DNA from: Acutalibacteraceae bacterium
GTDB lineage: Bacteria; Bacillota; Clostridia; Oscillospirales; Acutalibacteraceae
Length of the DNA stretch: 64,000 bases
Reading direction: 5' to 3'
Assembly (NCBI GenBank): GCA_045533875.1
Contig: JAZSIQ010000107.1
Coordinates: 14,673 to 78,672 of the forward strand
Shown here: one piece after another, positions 1 through 10,246 of the stretch
Numbering within the stretch: position 1 is the stretch's first letter
Layout: every line of letters starts with the position of its first letter
Program-made: the position numbers and the translations under genes
The notes under the pieces: model-generated
Database searches by the model: none
What the model was told of the DNA's origin: nothing
Seen by the model: only the letters and a program-made list of their open reading frames with translations

Positions 1-2
1 GC

Positions 3-815
3 CCCATATTCCTCACTTACCGTAAAAATGAGGCTCTTGCCGCAATTCTCAGCGAGTGGAAGGCAAACCACACTCCTCTTTATGATTTTATTACAGAGGA
101 TGGCATCAAGAACACCGTGTGGGAAATTGACTGTCCCGAAACAGCGGAGAATATAAGCAAAAAGTTTGAACAGATTGATTATCTTTATATCGCAGACGGC
201 CACCACAGAGCGGCATCCGCAGTAAAGGTCGGAATGAAGCGCAGGCAGGAAAACCCCGATTATACGGGCGAAGAGGAATTCAACTTCTTCCTTGCGGTTC
301 TTTTCAGCTGCGATGAGCTTGAAATAATGGATTACAACCGTGTTATGAAGGATCTCAACGGCAACACTCCCGAACAGTTTATTGAAAAAATTTCGGAGAG
401 CTTCACCGTAGAAAAGGCACAGTGTGAAGGACCCTACCGCCCCGAAAGCCGCCACACCTTCGGTATGCTTCTTGAGGGTGAGTGGTATAAGCTTACCGCA
501 AAGGACGGCACTTTTGATGAAACCGACCCCGTAGCGGCGCTCGATGTTTCCGTTCTGCAGTCAAATCTTATCTCCCCTGTGCTCGGCATTGACGACCCGA
601 GAACGGATAAGAGGATTGATTTTGTTGGCGGAATAAGAGGTCTGGGCGAGCTTGAACGCAGGGTAAACAGCGATATGTGCCTTGCTTTCTCTATGTACCC
701 CACAAGCCTTGAGGAGCTTATGGCAATAGCTGATGCGGATAAGCTCATGCCCCCGAAATCCACGTGGTTTGAGCCGAAGCTTCTCAGCGGACTTTTTGTT
801 CATAAACTCTCGTAA
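3..815 (+). CDS. DUF1015 family protein (5'-truncated by window edge)
   Basis: Frame is open from position 3 (PIFLTYR...). Contains YIADGHHR, DKRIDFVGGIRG and MPPKSTWFEPKL motifs typical of DUF1015. Confidence 0.85.
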   Translation, partial: PIFLTYRKNEALAAILSEWKANHTPLYDFITEDGIKNTVWEIDCPETAENISKKFEQIDYLYIADGHHRAASAVKVGMKRRQENPDYTGEEEFNFFLAVLFSCDELEIMDYNRVMKDLNGNTPEQFIEKISESFTVEKAQCEGPYRPESRHTFGMLLEGEWYKLTAKDGTFDETDPVAALDVSVLQSNLISPVLGIDDPRTDKRIDFVGGIRGLGELERRVNSDMCLAFSMYPTSLEELMAIADADKLMPPKSTWFEPKLLSGLFVHKLS

Positions 816-831
816 TTAAGCAGAGAATTTA

Positions 832-872
832 CAACGAAGCACTGTCTTGCGGCGGTGCTTTGTTGCTTTTTA
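832..872 (+). terminator. Rho-independent terminator
   Basis: caacgaagcac/gtgctttgttg stem followed by T run. Confidence 0.7.
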
Positions 873-923
873 TACATTTATATTAAAATATATGCAACTA
901 TTTATGCGAAAATGGATAATTTT

Positions 924-999
924 TGAATATTTTGCCAAATCGATGAATATTATTCAAAAATCTCTTGACATATTTAAAATAAAGTTGTATGATTATGCA
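924..999 (+). promoter_or_regulatory. sigmaA promoter of arg operon with ARG boxes
   Basis: TTGACA(965-970)-17-TATGAT(988-993). ARG-box-like TGTAT-GATT-ATGCA (986-999) overlaps the -10. Further TGAAT..ATTCA-like sites at 924-956. Confidence 0.75.
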
Positions 1000-1044
1000 C
1001 ATCATTTGTAAAATGCAGTAAATTTTTCTATCGGAGTGATTCCC

Positions 1045-1980
1045 ATGGCGGCAAAAATTTTTATTGACGGTAAAGCAGGCACTACAGGCCTGAGAATATA
1101 TGAAAGGCTTGCCGAAAGGCAGGATATTGAGCTTATAACTCTTTCTGACGAGCTCAGGAAAGACCCTGTTGCAAAGTCGCAGGCAATCAACAGCAGCGAT
1201 ATCACCTTCTTATGCCTTCCCGATGCGGCGGCTATTGAGTCCGTGGCACTCGTTGAGAATGAAAACACTAAAATAATCGATACCTCCACCGCTCACCGTA
1301 CTTCGCCCGATTGGGCATACGGATTCCCCGAGCTCGGTGAGGAATTCCTGCAGAAAATCCGTTCATCAAAGCGTGTCGCCGTGCCCGGCTGCCACGCAAG
1401 CGGCTTTGTTTCGCTTGTTCAGCCCCTTGTTAAAAGCGGAATAATCCCTGCCGACCTCGGCATCACCTGCCACTCGGTAACGGGTTACAGCGGCGGCGGA
1501 AAGAATATGATAGCTCAGTATGAGAGTGACGGCAGAGCGGCTGAGCTTGATGCTCCCAGACAGTACGGTCTTACCCAGACGCATAAGCACTTGCCTGAGA
1601 TGACTGCCGTAACAGGTCTTGCTCAGAAGCCCGTTTTCTGCCCCATCGTTTCCGATTATTACAGCGGAATGTGCGTTACCGTGCCTCTTTTTGCAAAGGA
1701 TTTGGCAAACGGTGCCACCGTGCAGGATATAAAGGATATCTACGCAAAAACCTACAATTCACCTATCGTTTCTTACTGCGGCGAAATCGGAGAAGAGGGT
1801 TTTATATGCGCCAACGCTCTGAGCGGTAAGGATTGTATGAATATTTACGTGCAGGGCAATGAGGACAGAATCCTCCTCATCTCCCGCTTCGATAACCTCG
1901 GCAAGGGTGCCTCGGGTGCGGCGGTTGAGTGCATGAATATCATGCTCGGCATTGATGAAAAAACAGGTCTTGATTTATAA
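1045..1980 (+). CDS. argC: N-acetyl-gamma-glutamyl-phosphate reductase
   Basis: IFIDGKAGTTGL, VPGCHASGF, SGYSGGG, DNLGKGASGAA motifs. ATG 1045 follows GGAG. Confidence 0.95.
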   Translation: MAAKIFIDGKAGTTGLRIYERLAERQDIELITLSDELRKDPVAKSQAINSSDITFLCLPDAAAIESVALVENENTKIIDTSTAHRTSPDWAYGFPELGEEFLQKIRSSKRVAVPGCHASGFVSLVQPLVKSGIIPADLGITCHSVTGYSGGGKNMIAQYESDGRAAELDAPRQYGLTQTHKHLPEMTAVTGLAQKPVFCPIVSDYYSGMCVTVPLFAKDLANGATVQDIKDIYAKTYNSPIVSYCGEIGEEGFICANALSGKDCMNIYVQGNEDRILLISRFDNLGKGASGAAVECMNIMLGIDEKTGLDL

Positions 1981-1992
1981 GGAGAAAAAGCT

Positions 1993-3204
1993 ATGAAATA
2001 TATTGAAGGCGGCATCTGCGCCGCAAAGGGTTTTACCGCAAACGGCGTTCATTGCGGAATAAGGAAGAATAAATCAAAGCGTGACCTCGCCCTTATTTTC
2101 AGCGAGAAGAAAGCGGCGGCGGCTTGTGTTTATACAAAGAATCTCGTAAAGGGTGCCCCTCTCACCGTTACCAAAGCAAATGTTGCTGACGGTTATGCTC
2201 AGGCGGTTATCTGCAACAGCGGCAATGCCAACACCTGCAACGCAAACGGTATTGAAATTGCTGAGGGAATGTGTGCCCTTACTGCAGAGGCTCTTTCCAT
2301 TGCTCCCACGGATGTGGTTGTAGCTTCCACGGGTGTTATCGGTCAGACTCTTGATATTACCCCTATTAAAGAAGGAATCCCCTCTCTCGTGGCAGGTCTC
2401 GGAGCAAACGGCACCTATGCCGCTGAGGGTATCATGACCACCGATACGGTTGAAAAGCAGATTTCCGTAAGCTTTGAAATCGGCGGTAAGGAGTGCAGAA
2501 TAGGCGGAATTGCCAAGGGCTCGGGTATGATTCATCCCAACATGGCAACAATGCTTGTTTTCGTTACTACTGACTGTGCAATTTCCCCCGAAATGCTTCA
2601 GAAGGCTCTGAGTGCCGATGTTGAAACCTCTTTCAACATGGTAAGCGTTGACGGTGATACTTCCACAAACGATATGGTATGCGTGCTTGCAAACGGCATG
2701 GCGGAAAATGAAATGATAACCGCTGAGGGTGCAGAGTTTGATGAATTCTGCAAGGCTCTCAATGAAGTTACCGTTTACCTCTGCAAGAAGATTGCAGGCG
2801 ACGGTGAGGGCGCAACCAAGCTCCTTGAATGTGCCGTAACGGGCGCATCGGATTGGGAAACTGCAAAAACCGTTGCAAAGTCCGTAATCTGCTCCTCTCT
2901 TCTTAAAGCCGCAATGTTCGGTGCCGATGCAAACTGGGGCAGAGTTCTTTGCGCTATCGGCTACAGCGGTGCAGATGTGGATGTTACAAAAATTGATGTT
3001 TCATTCACCTCCTGCGAGGGCACGGTAAATGTGTGCGAAAACGGAGCAGGCATTGATTTCTCCGAAGAGGAAGCAAAGAAAATCCTCACTCAGAAAGAAA
3101 TTACAATAAACGTAGCCCTCAACAGCGGTGATGCATCAGCTACCGCGTGGGGCTGTGACCTTACCTATGACTATGTAAAAATCAACGGCGATTACCGCAC
3201 TTGA
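1993..3204 (+). CDS. argJ: Bifunctional glutamate N-acetyltransferase/ornithine acetyltransferase
   Basis: NSGNANTC, KGSGMIHPNMATML, DGDTSTND, DGEGATK, WGCDLTYDYVKINGDYRT. Confidence 0.97.
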   Translation: MKYIEGGICAAKGFTANGVHCGIRKNKSKRDLALIFSEKKAAAACVYTKNLVKGAPLTVTKANVADGYAQAVICNSGNANTCNANGIEIAEGMCALTAEALSIAPTDVVVASTGVIGQTLDITPIKEGIPSLVAGLGANGTYAAEGIMTTDTVEKQISVSFEIGGKECRIGGIAKGSGMIHPNMATMLVFVTTDCAISPEMLQKALSADVETSFNMVSVDGDTSTNDMVCVLANGMAENEMITAEGAEFDEFCKALNEVTVYLCKKIAGDGEGATKLLECAVTGASDWETAKTVAKSVICSSLLKAAMFGADANWGRVLCAIGYSGADVDVTKIDVSFTSCEGTVNVCENGAGIDFSEEEAKKILTQKEITINVALNSGDASATAWGCDLTYDYVKINGDYRT

Positions 3205-3219
3205 GAAAGGAACTTTAAA

Positions 3220-4086
3220 ATGTCAGAAATCAACTATACAAATTCACAAAGAGCAGAAGTGCTTATTCAGGCGCTTCCTTATATTCAGGATTATTCAAAT
3301 GAAATTGTTGTTATAAAGTACGGCGGAAACGCTATGATTAACGAAGAACTGCGTGAGGCGGTTATGCGTGATATCGTGCTGCTTTCTCTTGTAGGAATCA
3401 AGGTTGTGCTTGTTCACGGCGGCGGTCCCGAAATCACAGAGCTTCTCAACAAGGTGGGCAAGAAGAGCGAGTTTGTTGACGGTCTGCGTGTTACCGATAA
3501 GGAAACGGCTGAAATCGCTCAGATGGTGCTTGCAGGCAAAATCAACAAGAATCTTGTTAATATGCTTCAGAATGTCGGCGGCAAGGCAATGGGGCTTTGC
3601 GGCATTGACGGTCACCTTATCGAAGCAAAGATGCTCGATGAAAAGCTCGGCTATGTAGGCGAGATTACCAACATCAACACTCAGCCCATCCTTGATGTGC
3701 TCGAAATGGGCTACATCCCCGTAATTTCCACCGTAGGCTGCGACAGTGAGGGCAATGTTTACAACATTAACGCAGACACAGCGGCTGCAAGAATCGCAGG
3801 CACTCTCAAGGCAGGCGGATTTATTTCTCTTACCGATATCTGCGGAATTCTCAGGGATAAGAATGACGAGTCATCTCTTATTCCCGAAATCTGCGTAAGC
3901 GATGCGCCCCGTCTTATGAGCGAAGGCATTATTGAGGGCGGTATGATTCCCAAGGTTGAGTGCTGCATAGATGCAATCCGCAGGGGCGTTAAAAAAGTGT
4001 TTATCATTGACGGCAGAGTGCCCCATTCAATTCTTATTGAAATGTTTACCGATGCAGGTATCGGTACAATGTTTGTAGGTGGTTAA
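3220..4086 (+). CDS. argB: Acetylglutamate kinase
   Basis: VIKYGGNAM, VHGGGPEI, GLRVTD, NINADTAA, GGMIPKV. Confidence 0.97.
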   Translation: MSEINYTNSQRAEVLIQALPYIQDYSNEIVVIKYGGNAMINEELREAVMRDIVLLSLVGIKVVLVHGGGPEITELLNKVGKKSEFVDGLRVTDKETAEIAQMVLAGKINKNLVNMLQNVGGKAMGLCGIDGHLIEAKMLDEKLGYVGEITNINTQPILDVLEMGYIPVISTVGCDSEGNVYNINADTAAARIAGTLKAGGFISLTDICGILRDKNDESSLIPEICVSDAPRLMSEGIIEGGMIPKVECCIDAIRRGVKKVFIIDGRVPHSILIEMFTDAGIGTMFVGG

Positions 4087-4088
4087 TC

Positions 4089-5252
4089 ATGAATATCAGA
4101 GAAGTTGATAATAAATATGTTGCAAATACCTATGCCCGTTTCCCCGTAACTCTCGTAAAGGGCAGCGGCTCGTTGGTTTACGATGAAAACGGCAAGGAAT
4201 ATATTGACATGGGCAGCGGTATTGCCGTAAGCTCCTTCGGTATAAGCGATGCCGAGTGGAAAGCGGCGGTTGAGGCTCAGCTCGGCGAGCTGACTCATAC
4301 CTCAAACCTCTATTATACTCAGCCCTGTGCCGTGCTCGCTCAGATGCTCTGCGAAAGAACGGGCATGAAAAAGGTATTCTTCGGTAACTCAGGTGCCGAG
4401 GCAAATGAATGCGCCATCAAGGCTGCAAGGCGTTGGTCATATCTTAAAAACGGCGATGGCAGGTCAACGATAATCACTCTTAAAAACAGCTTCCACGGCA
4501 GAACGGTTACAACCCTTGCCGCAACAGGTCAGGATTCTTTCCATACCGAGTTCGGTCCCTTTACCGAGGGCTTCGTTTATGCCGAGGCGGAGAATTTTGA
4601 AAGCGTTAAAAAGCTTGCCGAAGAGAATTCCTGCTGCGCGGTAATGATGGAGCTTGTTCAGGGTGAGGGCGGAGTTCATGCTCTCTCCAAGGAATTTGTT
4701 AACGCTGTTGTTGAATATGCTCACGCAAACGATATGCTTGTAATTGTTGACGAGGTGCAGACAGGTAACGGCAGAACAGGCAGCCTTTATGCTTTTATGG
4801 AATACGGCTTCAAGCCCGATATAGTAAGCACAGCAAAGGGTCTTGCAGGCGGTCTGCCTCTCGGAGCATGCATGCTTGGCGAAAAGACTGAAAATGCCCT
4901 TACCGCAGGCACTCACGGCTCCACCTTCGGCGGCAATCCCGTTTGCTGCGCAGGTGCAATCAATATTCTTGAAAGAATTGATGATGAGCTTCTTGCTCAG
5001 GTGAAAATCAAATCAAAATACATCCTTTCACGTCTTGAAGGTGCAAAGGGTGTCAAGGGCGTAAGCGGAATGGGTCTTATGCTCGGTATAGAATGTGAGC
5101 GTGCAAAGGCTGATGTTATAAACGACTGCGTGGAAAACGGTGTCCTTGTGCTCGGTGCAAAGGAAAAAGTCCGTTTGCTTCCCGCATTGAATATCCCCAT
5201 GCCTATGCTTGAAAAGGCAATGGATGTTCTTGTTGAAGCGCTTGCAAAATAA
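4089..5252 (+). CDS. argD: Acetylornithine aminotransferase
   Basis: Class III PLP motifs NSGAEANE, SFHGRT, DEVQTGNGRTG, AKGLAGG; lies in arg operon. Confidence 0.93.
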   Translation: MNIREVDNKYVANTYARFPVTLVKGSGSLVYDENGKEYIDMGSGIAVSSFGISDAEWKAAVEAQLGELTHTSNLYYTQPCAVLAQMLCERTGMKKVFFGNSGAEANECAIKAARRWSYLKNGDGRSTIITLKNSFHGRTVTTLAATGQDSFHTEFGPFTEGFVYAEAENFESVKKLAEENSCCAVMMELVQGEGGVHALSKEFVNAVVEYAHANDMLVIVDEVQTGNGRTGSLYAFMEYGFKPDIVSTAKGLAGGLPLGACMLGEKTENALTAGTHGSTFGGNPVCCAGAINILERIDDELLAQVKIKSKYILSRLEGAKGVKGVSGMGLMLGIECERAKADVINDCVENGVLVLGAKEKVRLLPALNIPMPMLEKAMDVLVEALAK

Positions 5253-5262
5253 ACAATTCTGT

Positions 5263-5291
5263 AATCACCGTCTGATTTTCGGGCGGTGATT
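5263..5291 (+). terminator. Hairpin after argD (likely terminator)
   Basis: aatcaccgtc/ggcggtgatt inverted repeat; weak U tract. Confidence 0.5.
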
Positions 5292-5317
5292 GACGGCTTT
5301 ATAAAGGGGGAATTCCT

Positions 5318-6184
5318 GTGAATTCAAACAGCGGAAAAGTTGCGATAGTGCTTGAGGGTGGCGCAATGAAGGCGCTTTACAGTGCAGGTGTTCTGGATGT
5401 TTTCCTTAAGGAGGGTATTGCCGCTGATGCGCTTATCGGAGTTTCGGCAGGCGCTCTTTTCGGAGTGAATTATAAAACACGGCAGCCCGGCAGAGCAATA
5501 CGATACAATTTAAAATACATAGATGACCCCAGGTATTTCGGCTTAAGCTCGCTTATTAAAACAGGCGATATAATGGGGAAGGATTTTGCTTTCTATACCG
5601 TGCCCACACAGCTTGATATCGTTGATTCCGAAACCTTCAGGCAGACTCCGGAGGAGTTTTACTGTGTGGTTGCCAACATGAATACGGGCAAGGCGGAATA
5701 TATAAAAATTGATGATCTTGATATTGAAAGGCAGAGTGAAGCACTCAGGGCTTCGGGCTCGCTTCCTTATCTTTCAAGGCCTGTTGAGGTGGACGGTCAG
5801 CTTTACCTTGACGGCGGAAGTGTGGACAGTATTCCGCTTGAAAAGGCTCTTGAAATGGGCTTTGAGAAAATCATCGTGGTGCTTACGAAGCACCGTTCCT
5901 TTGTAAGAGGTAAGGACAGCAGCCTCTTACCCAAGCTGTTTTATGGCAAAAAGTACCCCGAGTTTGCCCGTGCGCTTTCCTGCAGAAATGCGGAATACAC
6001 AAAGCAGTTTGACTTTGTGTGGAAGCTTGAGAAGGAAGGCAGAATTTTTGTTTTCAGCCCGTCTGAGAATATTGATATAAGCAGAGTTGAAAAGGATAAA
6101 GCCAAGCTTCAGGCTATGTACGACCTCGGTATAAAGGATGCTGAAAATTCTCTTGAGGCTTTAAAAGAATATCTTAAAAAATAA
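5318..6184 (+). CDS. Patatin-like phospholipase
   Basis: EGGAMK, GVSAG nucleophile motif, DGG motif. Confidence 0.9.
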   Translation: MNSNSGKVAIVLEGGAMKALYSAGVLDVFLKEGIAADALIGVSAGALFGVNYKTRQPGRAIRYNLKYIDDPRYFGLSSLIKTGDIMGKDFAFYTVPTQLDIVDSETFRQTPEEFYCVVANMNTGKAEYIKIDDLDIERQSEALRASGSLPYLSRPVEVDGQLYLDGGSVDSIPLEKALEMGFEKIIVVLTKHRSFVRGKDSSLLPKLFYGKKYPEFARALSCRNAEYTKQFDFVWKLEKEGRIFVFSPSENIDISRVEKDKAKLQAMYDLGIKDAENSLEALKEYLKK

Positions 6185-6189
6185 ATCGG

Positions 6190-6226
6190 AGCAGGTATGC
6201 ACAGTGTTTTGTTGTGTATGCCTGCT
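6190..6226 (+). terminator. Terminator hairpin
   Basis: gcaggtatgcaca/tgtgtatgcctgc stem after patatin stop. Confidence 0.6.
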
Positions 6227-6256
6227 TATTGTTTACGGATTTTTTATATTTTTATA

Positions 6257-6305
6257 TTGAAAAATAACTGTAATGTGGTATAATAATCTGTAACCAATTT
6301 GTAAC
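6257..6305 (+). promoter_or_regulatory. sigmaA promoter plus WalR-type direct repeat
   Basis: TTGAAA(6257)-16-TATAAT(6279) with TG extension; TGTAAC-N5-TGTAAC at 6289-6305. Confidence 0.6.
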
Positions 6306-6323
6306 TTTTCGGAGTATTGATAT

Positions 6324-8225
6324 ATGGATAAAGAAAAGAGTAAAATTGTTCCGCATACGGATGATGATAAATTGCAGGCAGCTAAGGCTGATAATGCCGG
6401 CGATTTTGATTTGTTCGATATTGACGAAATATATGAAGAATCTGCGCAGGAGAGTGAAGTGCAGGAGGCTTCCGCCCGTGAGGAGTCTGCCGGGGAGGAA
6501 AACGCAAGCGCCAATTCTTTTTATGCGCTCATTGAGGAGTTCGGAAATGCCCTTCTTAAATGTATAGGTGCATTTTTTATGTTCTTCATCCGCCTTTTGT
6601 CAAAGCCTTTAAAAAGGCTCGGCATAAGATTGTCTGTATTCGGCAAAAGGGCTGATATGAAAATCAGAAAGTATCTTTCGGTATTCGTTTTGGAGCTTTC
6701 AGTTTTCGGCAACGAGATTAAATCCGCAGGGCAGACTCTTAAACGTGCCGTGCGCCATCCCGTTAAATTCTCAAAGCTGTTTTTCAGTTACATTAAAAAG
6801 GGTCTGAGCAATCACGATAAATTGCTCAAAACAGTTGCGAATTTCGGCTTGCCCGTAGTTGCGGCAGCAGTGCTTGTGCTGGCGGTAAGCTATTGGAACG
6901 GAGTCACCTTTGCACTCGAGGTAACTTACAATAATCAGAGCATCGGCTACATCAGCGATGAATCGGTTTATATAGAAGCGCAGGAAATGATTGAGGAAAA
7001 GCTTGATACAGGCGCTCTCACTCTTTCACAGGATTATGGTCAGGGTGTGGCTTCAACCGATTTCCTTAACGCTGAGTATCAGCTTAAAATCGTTTCTCTT
7101 GAGGAACTCAACGATGCGCAGACTATATGCGACAGAGTTATCGAGAATTCGGCTGATAATCTTATTAACGCCTGCGGTGTTTACATTGACGGTGAATTTG
7201 CAGGTGCTATCAAGAACGAAGCGGATGCAAAAACCGTTTTCTACAATATCCTTGAGCCCTACGAGGCGCAGGCACAGCAGGAGGGCTATGTTGTAGGCTT
7301 TGCGGAGAATATTGACTATGTACAGGGTCTTTATTCGGACAGTTCAAAGACTATCCTTGATGCCGCACAGTTTGAGGAATTACTTAATTCCGAAAAGAAA
7401 ACCGTGAGGGAATATACGGTTGAAAGCGGCGATTCGTTTGAAAGCATAGCGGATGATTTTTCAATGGATACCAAGCAGCTTGAAGCTCTCAACGAAGGCT
7501 TTGCTTGGGAAAATCTGCGCAGAGGTGACACGGTACAGGTTGAGGAAACCTCAAAGTACGTAAGAATTCAGAAAACAGTAACCAGCACCGATTATAAGGA
7601 GGTTGACTACGATTCCGTAATCACCAGGGATGCCACCAAGTATTCGGGATATCAGAAGATTACAAAAGCAGGCGTTGAAGGTCTTAACAGAGTAACCACC
7701 ACCAGGATTTATATTGACGGTGTGCTTGACCGTGTTGATGAAGAAACCGTTGTTATAAGAGAGCCCGTTGCTGAAGAAAAAACCGTAGGCACAAAGAGCT
7801 ATTACGGCGGTGTTACGGTATCTCCCTCTGCTTCAGGATTCCTGTGGCCTGCACCCAGCTGTAATTATGTAAGCTCGCCTTACGGTTACCGCAGCAGCGG
7901 CTATCATAAGGGAATTGACCTTTGCAAGAGCGGTGGCGGAGCAAGCGGTACTTCGGTTATCGCTTCCAAGGCAGGCACGGTAGAGTTTGCAGGCTGGAGC
8001 GAAATCGGCTACGGCTATCTTGTGACTATCAACCACGGCGGCGGATACAAAACCAGATATGCCCACATGCTAAAGATGCCCAGCGTTTCCACGGGAGAGA
8101 AAGTTTATGCAGGTCAGGTCATAGGTCAGGTCGGTTCAACCGGCAACTCAACAGGCCCTCACCTTCACTTTGAAATTCTTTATTACGGTGAACATCTCAA
8201 CCCCGGCAACTATATAAGCAGATAA
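6324..8225 (+). CDS. Membrane-anchored LysM/G5/M23 peptidoglycan endopeptidase
   Basis: TM helix ~aa 175-190, LysM (YTVESGDSFESIA), G5-like (GVEGLNRVT), M23 HKGID and STGPHLHFE. Confidence 0.9.
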   Translation: MDKEKSKIVPHTDDDKLQAAKADNAGDFDLFDIDEIYEESAQESEVQEASAREESAGEENASANSFYALIEEFGNALLKCIGAFFMFFIRLLSKPLKRLGIRLSVFGKRADMKIRKYLSVFVLELSVFGNEIKSAGQTLKRAVRHPVKFSKLFFSYIKKGLSNHDKLLKTVANFGLPVVAAAVLVLAVSYWNGVTFALEVTYNNQSIGYISDESVYIEAQEMIEEKLDTGALTLSQDYGQGVASTDFLNAEYQLKIVSLEELNDAQTICDRVIENSADNLINACGVYIDGEFAGAIKNEADAKTVFYNILEPYEAQAQQEGYVVGFAENIDYVQGLYSDSSKTILDAAQFEELLNSEKKTVREYTVESGDSFESIADDFSMDTKQLEALNEGFAWENLRRGDTVQVEETSKYVRIQKTVTSTDYKEVDYDSVITRDATKYSGYQKITKAGVEGLNRVTTTRIYIDGVLDRVDEETVVIREPVAEEKTVGTKSYYGGVTVSPSASGFLWPAPSCNYVSSPYGYRSSGYHKGIDLCKSGGGASGTSVIASKAGTVEFAGWSEIGYGYLVTINHGGGYKTRYAHMLKMPSVSTGEKVYAGQVIGQVGSTGNSTGPHLHFEILYYGEHLNPGNYISR

Positions 8226-8228
8226 ACT

Positions 8229-8270
8229 AAACGGCTTGTACGTGAATCAATTCCGTACAAGCCGTTTTTG
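8229..8270. terminator. Bidirectional terminator
   Basis: Perfect 14-bp stem aaacggcttgtacg/cgtacaagccgttt between convergent genes. Confidence 0.8.
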
Positions 8271-8282
8271 CAGTTTCATTTA

Positions 8283-9377
8283 TTAAACATTGAATCTGAA
8301 GAGAACAACGTCACCGTCATTCATAACATATTCTTTTCCTTCGCTTCTTACAAGTCCCTTTTCTTTAGCGGCGGCAAGAGAACCGAGAGCAATAAGGTCA
8401 TCATAAGCGATAACTTCCGCACGGATGAAGCCGCGTTCAAAATCCGTGTGGATTTTTCCTGCCGCCTGAGGAGCTTTTGTTCCTTTGGTGATAGTCCATG
8501 CTCTTACCTCGGGCTGACCTGCGGTAAGATAAGATATAAGACCGAGGAGCGCATAGCTTTTCTGAACAAGTCTGTCAAGGCCGCCCTGTTCGATTCCGAG
8601 GTCGGCAAGGAACATTTCCTTTTCTTCCTTATCGAGCGAAGAAATCTCCGCTTCAAGCTCGGCGCAGATGGGAAGCACCTCCGAGTTTTCAGCCTGTGCG
8701 ATTTCGCAAACTCTCTTGTAGTTTTCGTTTGAATCAAGTCCGCCTGCGAAATCCTCTTCGCTCATGTTGCAGGCATAGATTACGGGCTTTGCGGTAAGCA
8801 GAGCAATTTCGGCAAGCCATGCCTTTTCATTTTCGTCGCACTCAAGGTTTCTTGCAGGGATGCTGCTTTCAAGTGAAGCCTGAAGGCGCTTGAGGAATTC
8901 AAGCTCTGCAGCACACTTCTTATCGCCCTTAAGCTGTTTTGTAACTCTGTCAATTCTTCTTTCAACCATTTCCATGTCTGAAAAAATCAGCTCAAGGTTA
9001 ATGGTTTCAATATCCCTTGCAGGGTCAATAGAAGCATCAACGTGAACAATATCGCTGTTTTCAAAGCAACGAACAACGTGGATTATGGCATCAACCTCTC
9101 TGATATGGGAGAGGAATTTGTTGCCCAAGCCCTCGCCACGGGAAGCACCCCTTACAAGACCTGCAATGTCAACAAATTCGATAACAGCAGGGGTTGTTTT
9201 GACGGGGTTATACATTTCTGTAAGCTTATCAAGCCTTTCATCGGGTACTGCAACAACGCCTACATTGGGCTCGATTGTGCAAAAAGGATAGTTGGCAGAC
9301 TGTGCGCCTGCGTTTGTAATTGCGTTAAACAGAGTGCTCTTGCCGACATTGGGTAAACCGACTATACCAAGCTTCAT
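8283..9377 (-). CDS. ychF: Redox-regulated ATPase YchF
   Basis: [50 protein letters not shown]. Confidence 0.97.
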   Translation of the reverse strand: MKLGIVGLPNVGKSTLFNAITNAGAQSANYPFCTIEPNVGVVAVPDERLDKLTEMYNPVKTTPAVIEFVDIAGLVRGASRGEGLGNKFLSHIREVDAIIHVVRCFENSDIVHVDASIDPARDIETINLELIFSDMEMVERRIDRVTKQLKGDKKCAAELEFLKRLQASLESSIPARNLECDENEKAWLAEIALLTAKPVIYACNMSEEDFAGGLDSNENYKRVCEIAQAENSEVLPICAELEAEISSLDKEEKEMFLADLGIEQGGLDRLVQKSYALLGLISYLTAGQPEVRAWTITKGTKAPQAAGKIHTDFERGFIRAEVIAYDDLIALGSLAAAKEKGLVRSEGKEYVMNDGDVVLFRFNV

Positions 9378-9529
9378 AAAATGAAACACACCTTTCTTTT
9401 AAGTGAATACTAACGCTAATTATAAACAATAATTACAAAAAAAACAATAGTAAAAAAAGAATCATTTGCAATATGAGGTATTATAGTGTAATATATAAAT
9501 TGGTATAGCATTATTAAAGGGGTGAGAGG

Positions 9530-10246
9530 ATGGAAAATCAGTTCATACGCAGCGAGGCACTCATAGGCGAAAAGGCGATTGAAAAGCTGAAAAACAGCAG
9601 CGTTATAGTTTTCGGAATAGGCGGAGTAGGCTCCTTTACCGCTGAAATGCTTGCAAGATGCGGCGTGGGGAAAATAACGCTTGTTGACTGTGACCGTGTT
9701 TCCGTTTCCAACCTCAACCGTCAGCTTGTGGCGCTTCATTCCACCATTGGGGAGGAAAAGGCAGAGGTTATGAAGCGGCGCATTGCCGATATAAACCCTG
9801 CCTGCGAAGTAAGCGTAATCAACTGCTTTTATCTGCCCGAAAATGCCGATTCCGTTGACCTTTCCTGCTATGATTATATTGCAGATGCTGTTGATACCGT
9901 AAGCGCAAAGCTTGAGCTGATAAAGCGTGCTCATTCCTTGGGAATTCCTGTTATTTCCTGCATGGGTACGGGTAATAAATTCGACCCTCTCAGGCTCAGA
10001 GTTTCCGTTGTTGAAAAAACTCAGGGATGTCCTCTTTGCAAGGTTATTCGAAGGGAGCTTCGTCTGCTCGGTATAAAGGGTGTCAAGGCGGTGTGGTCTG
10101 ACGAAGAGCCTAAAAAGCCGAGGCTGCAGCTTGATTCACCCGAAAGCTCACGCCATGCTCCCGCAAGCCTGCCGTTTGTGCCTTCAAGCGCAGGCATACT
10201 TATGGCAAAAGAGATTATTTTTGATTTGATTGGTGACCTTATATGA
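9530..10246 (+). CDS. tcdA: tRNA threonylcarbamoyladenosine dehydratase (ThiF family)
   Basis: GIGGVGS, SNLNRQ, DAVD, MGTGNKFDP, CPLCKVIRRELR. Confidence 0.85.
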   Translation: MENQFIRSEALIGEKAIEKLKNSSVIVFGIGGVGSFTAEMLARCGVGKITLVDCDRVSVSNLNRQLVALHSTIGEEKAEVMKRRIADINPACEVSVINCFYLPENADSVDLSCYDYIADAVDTVSAKLELIKRAHSLGIPVISCMGTGNKFDPLRLRVSVVEKTQGCPLCKVIRRELRLLGIKGVKAVWSDEEPKKPRLQLDSPESSRHAPASLPFVPSSAGILMAKEIIFDLIGDLI

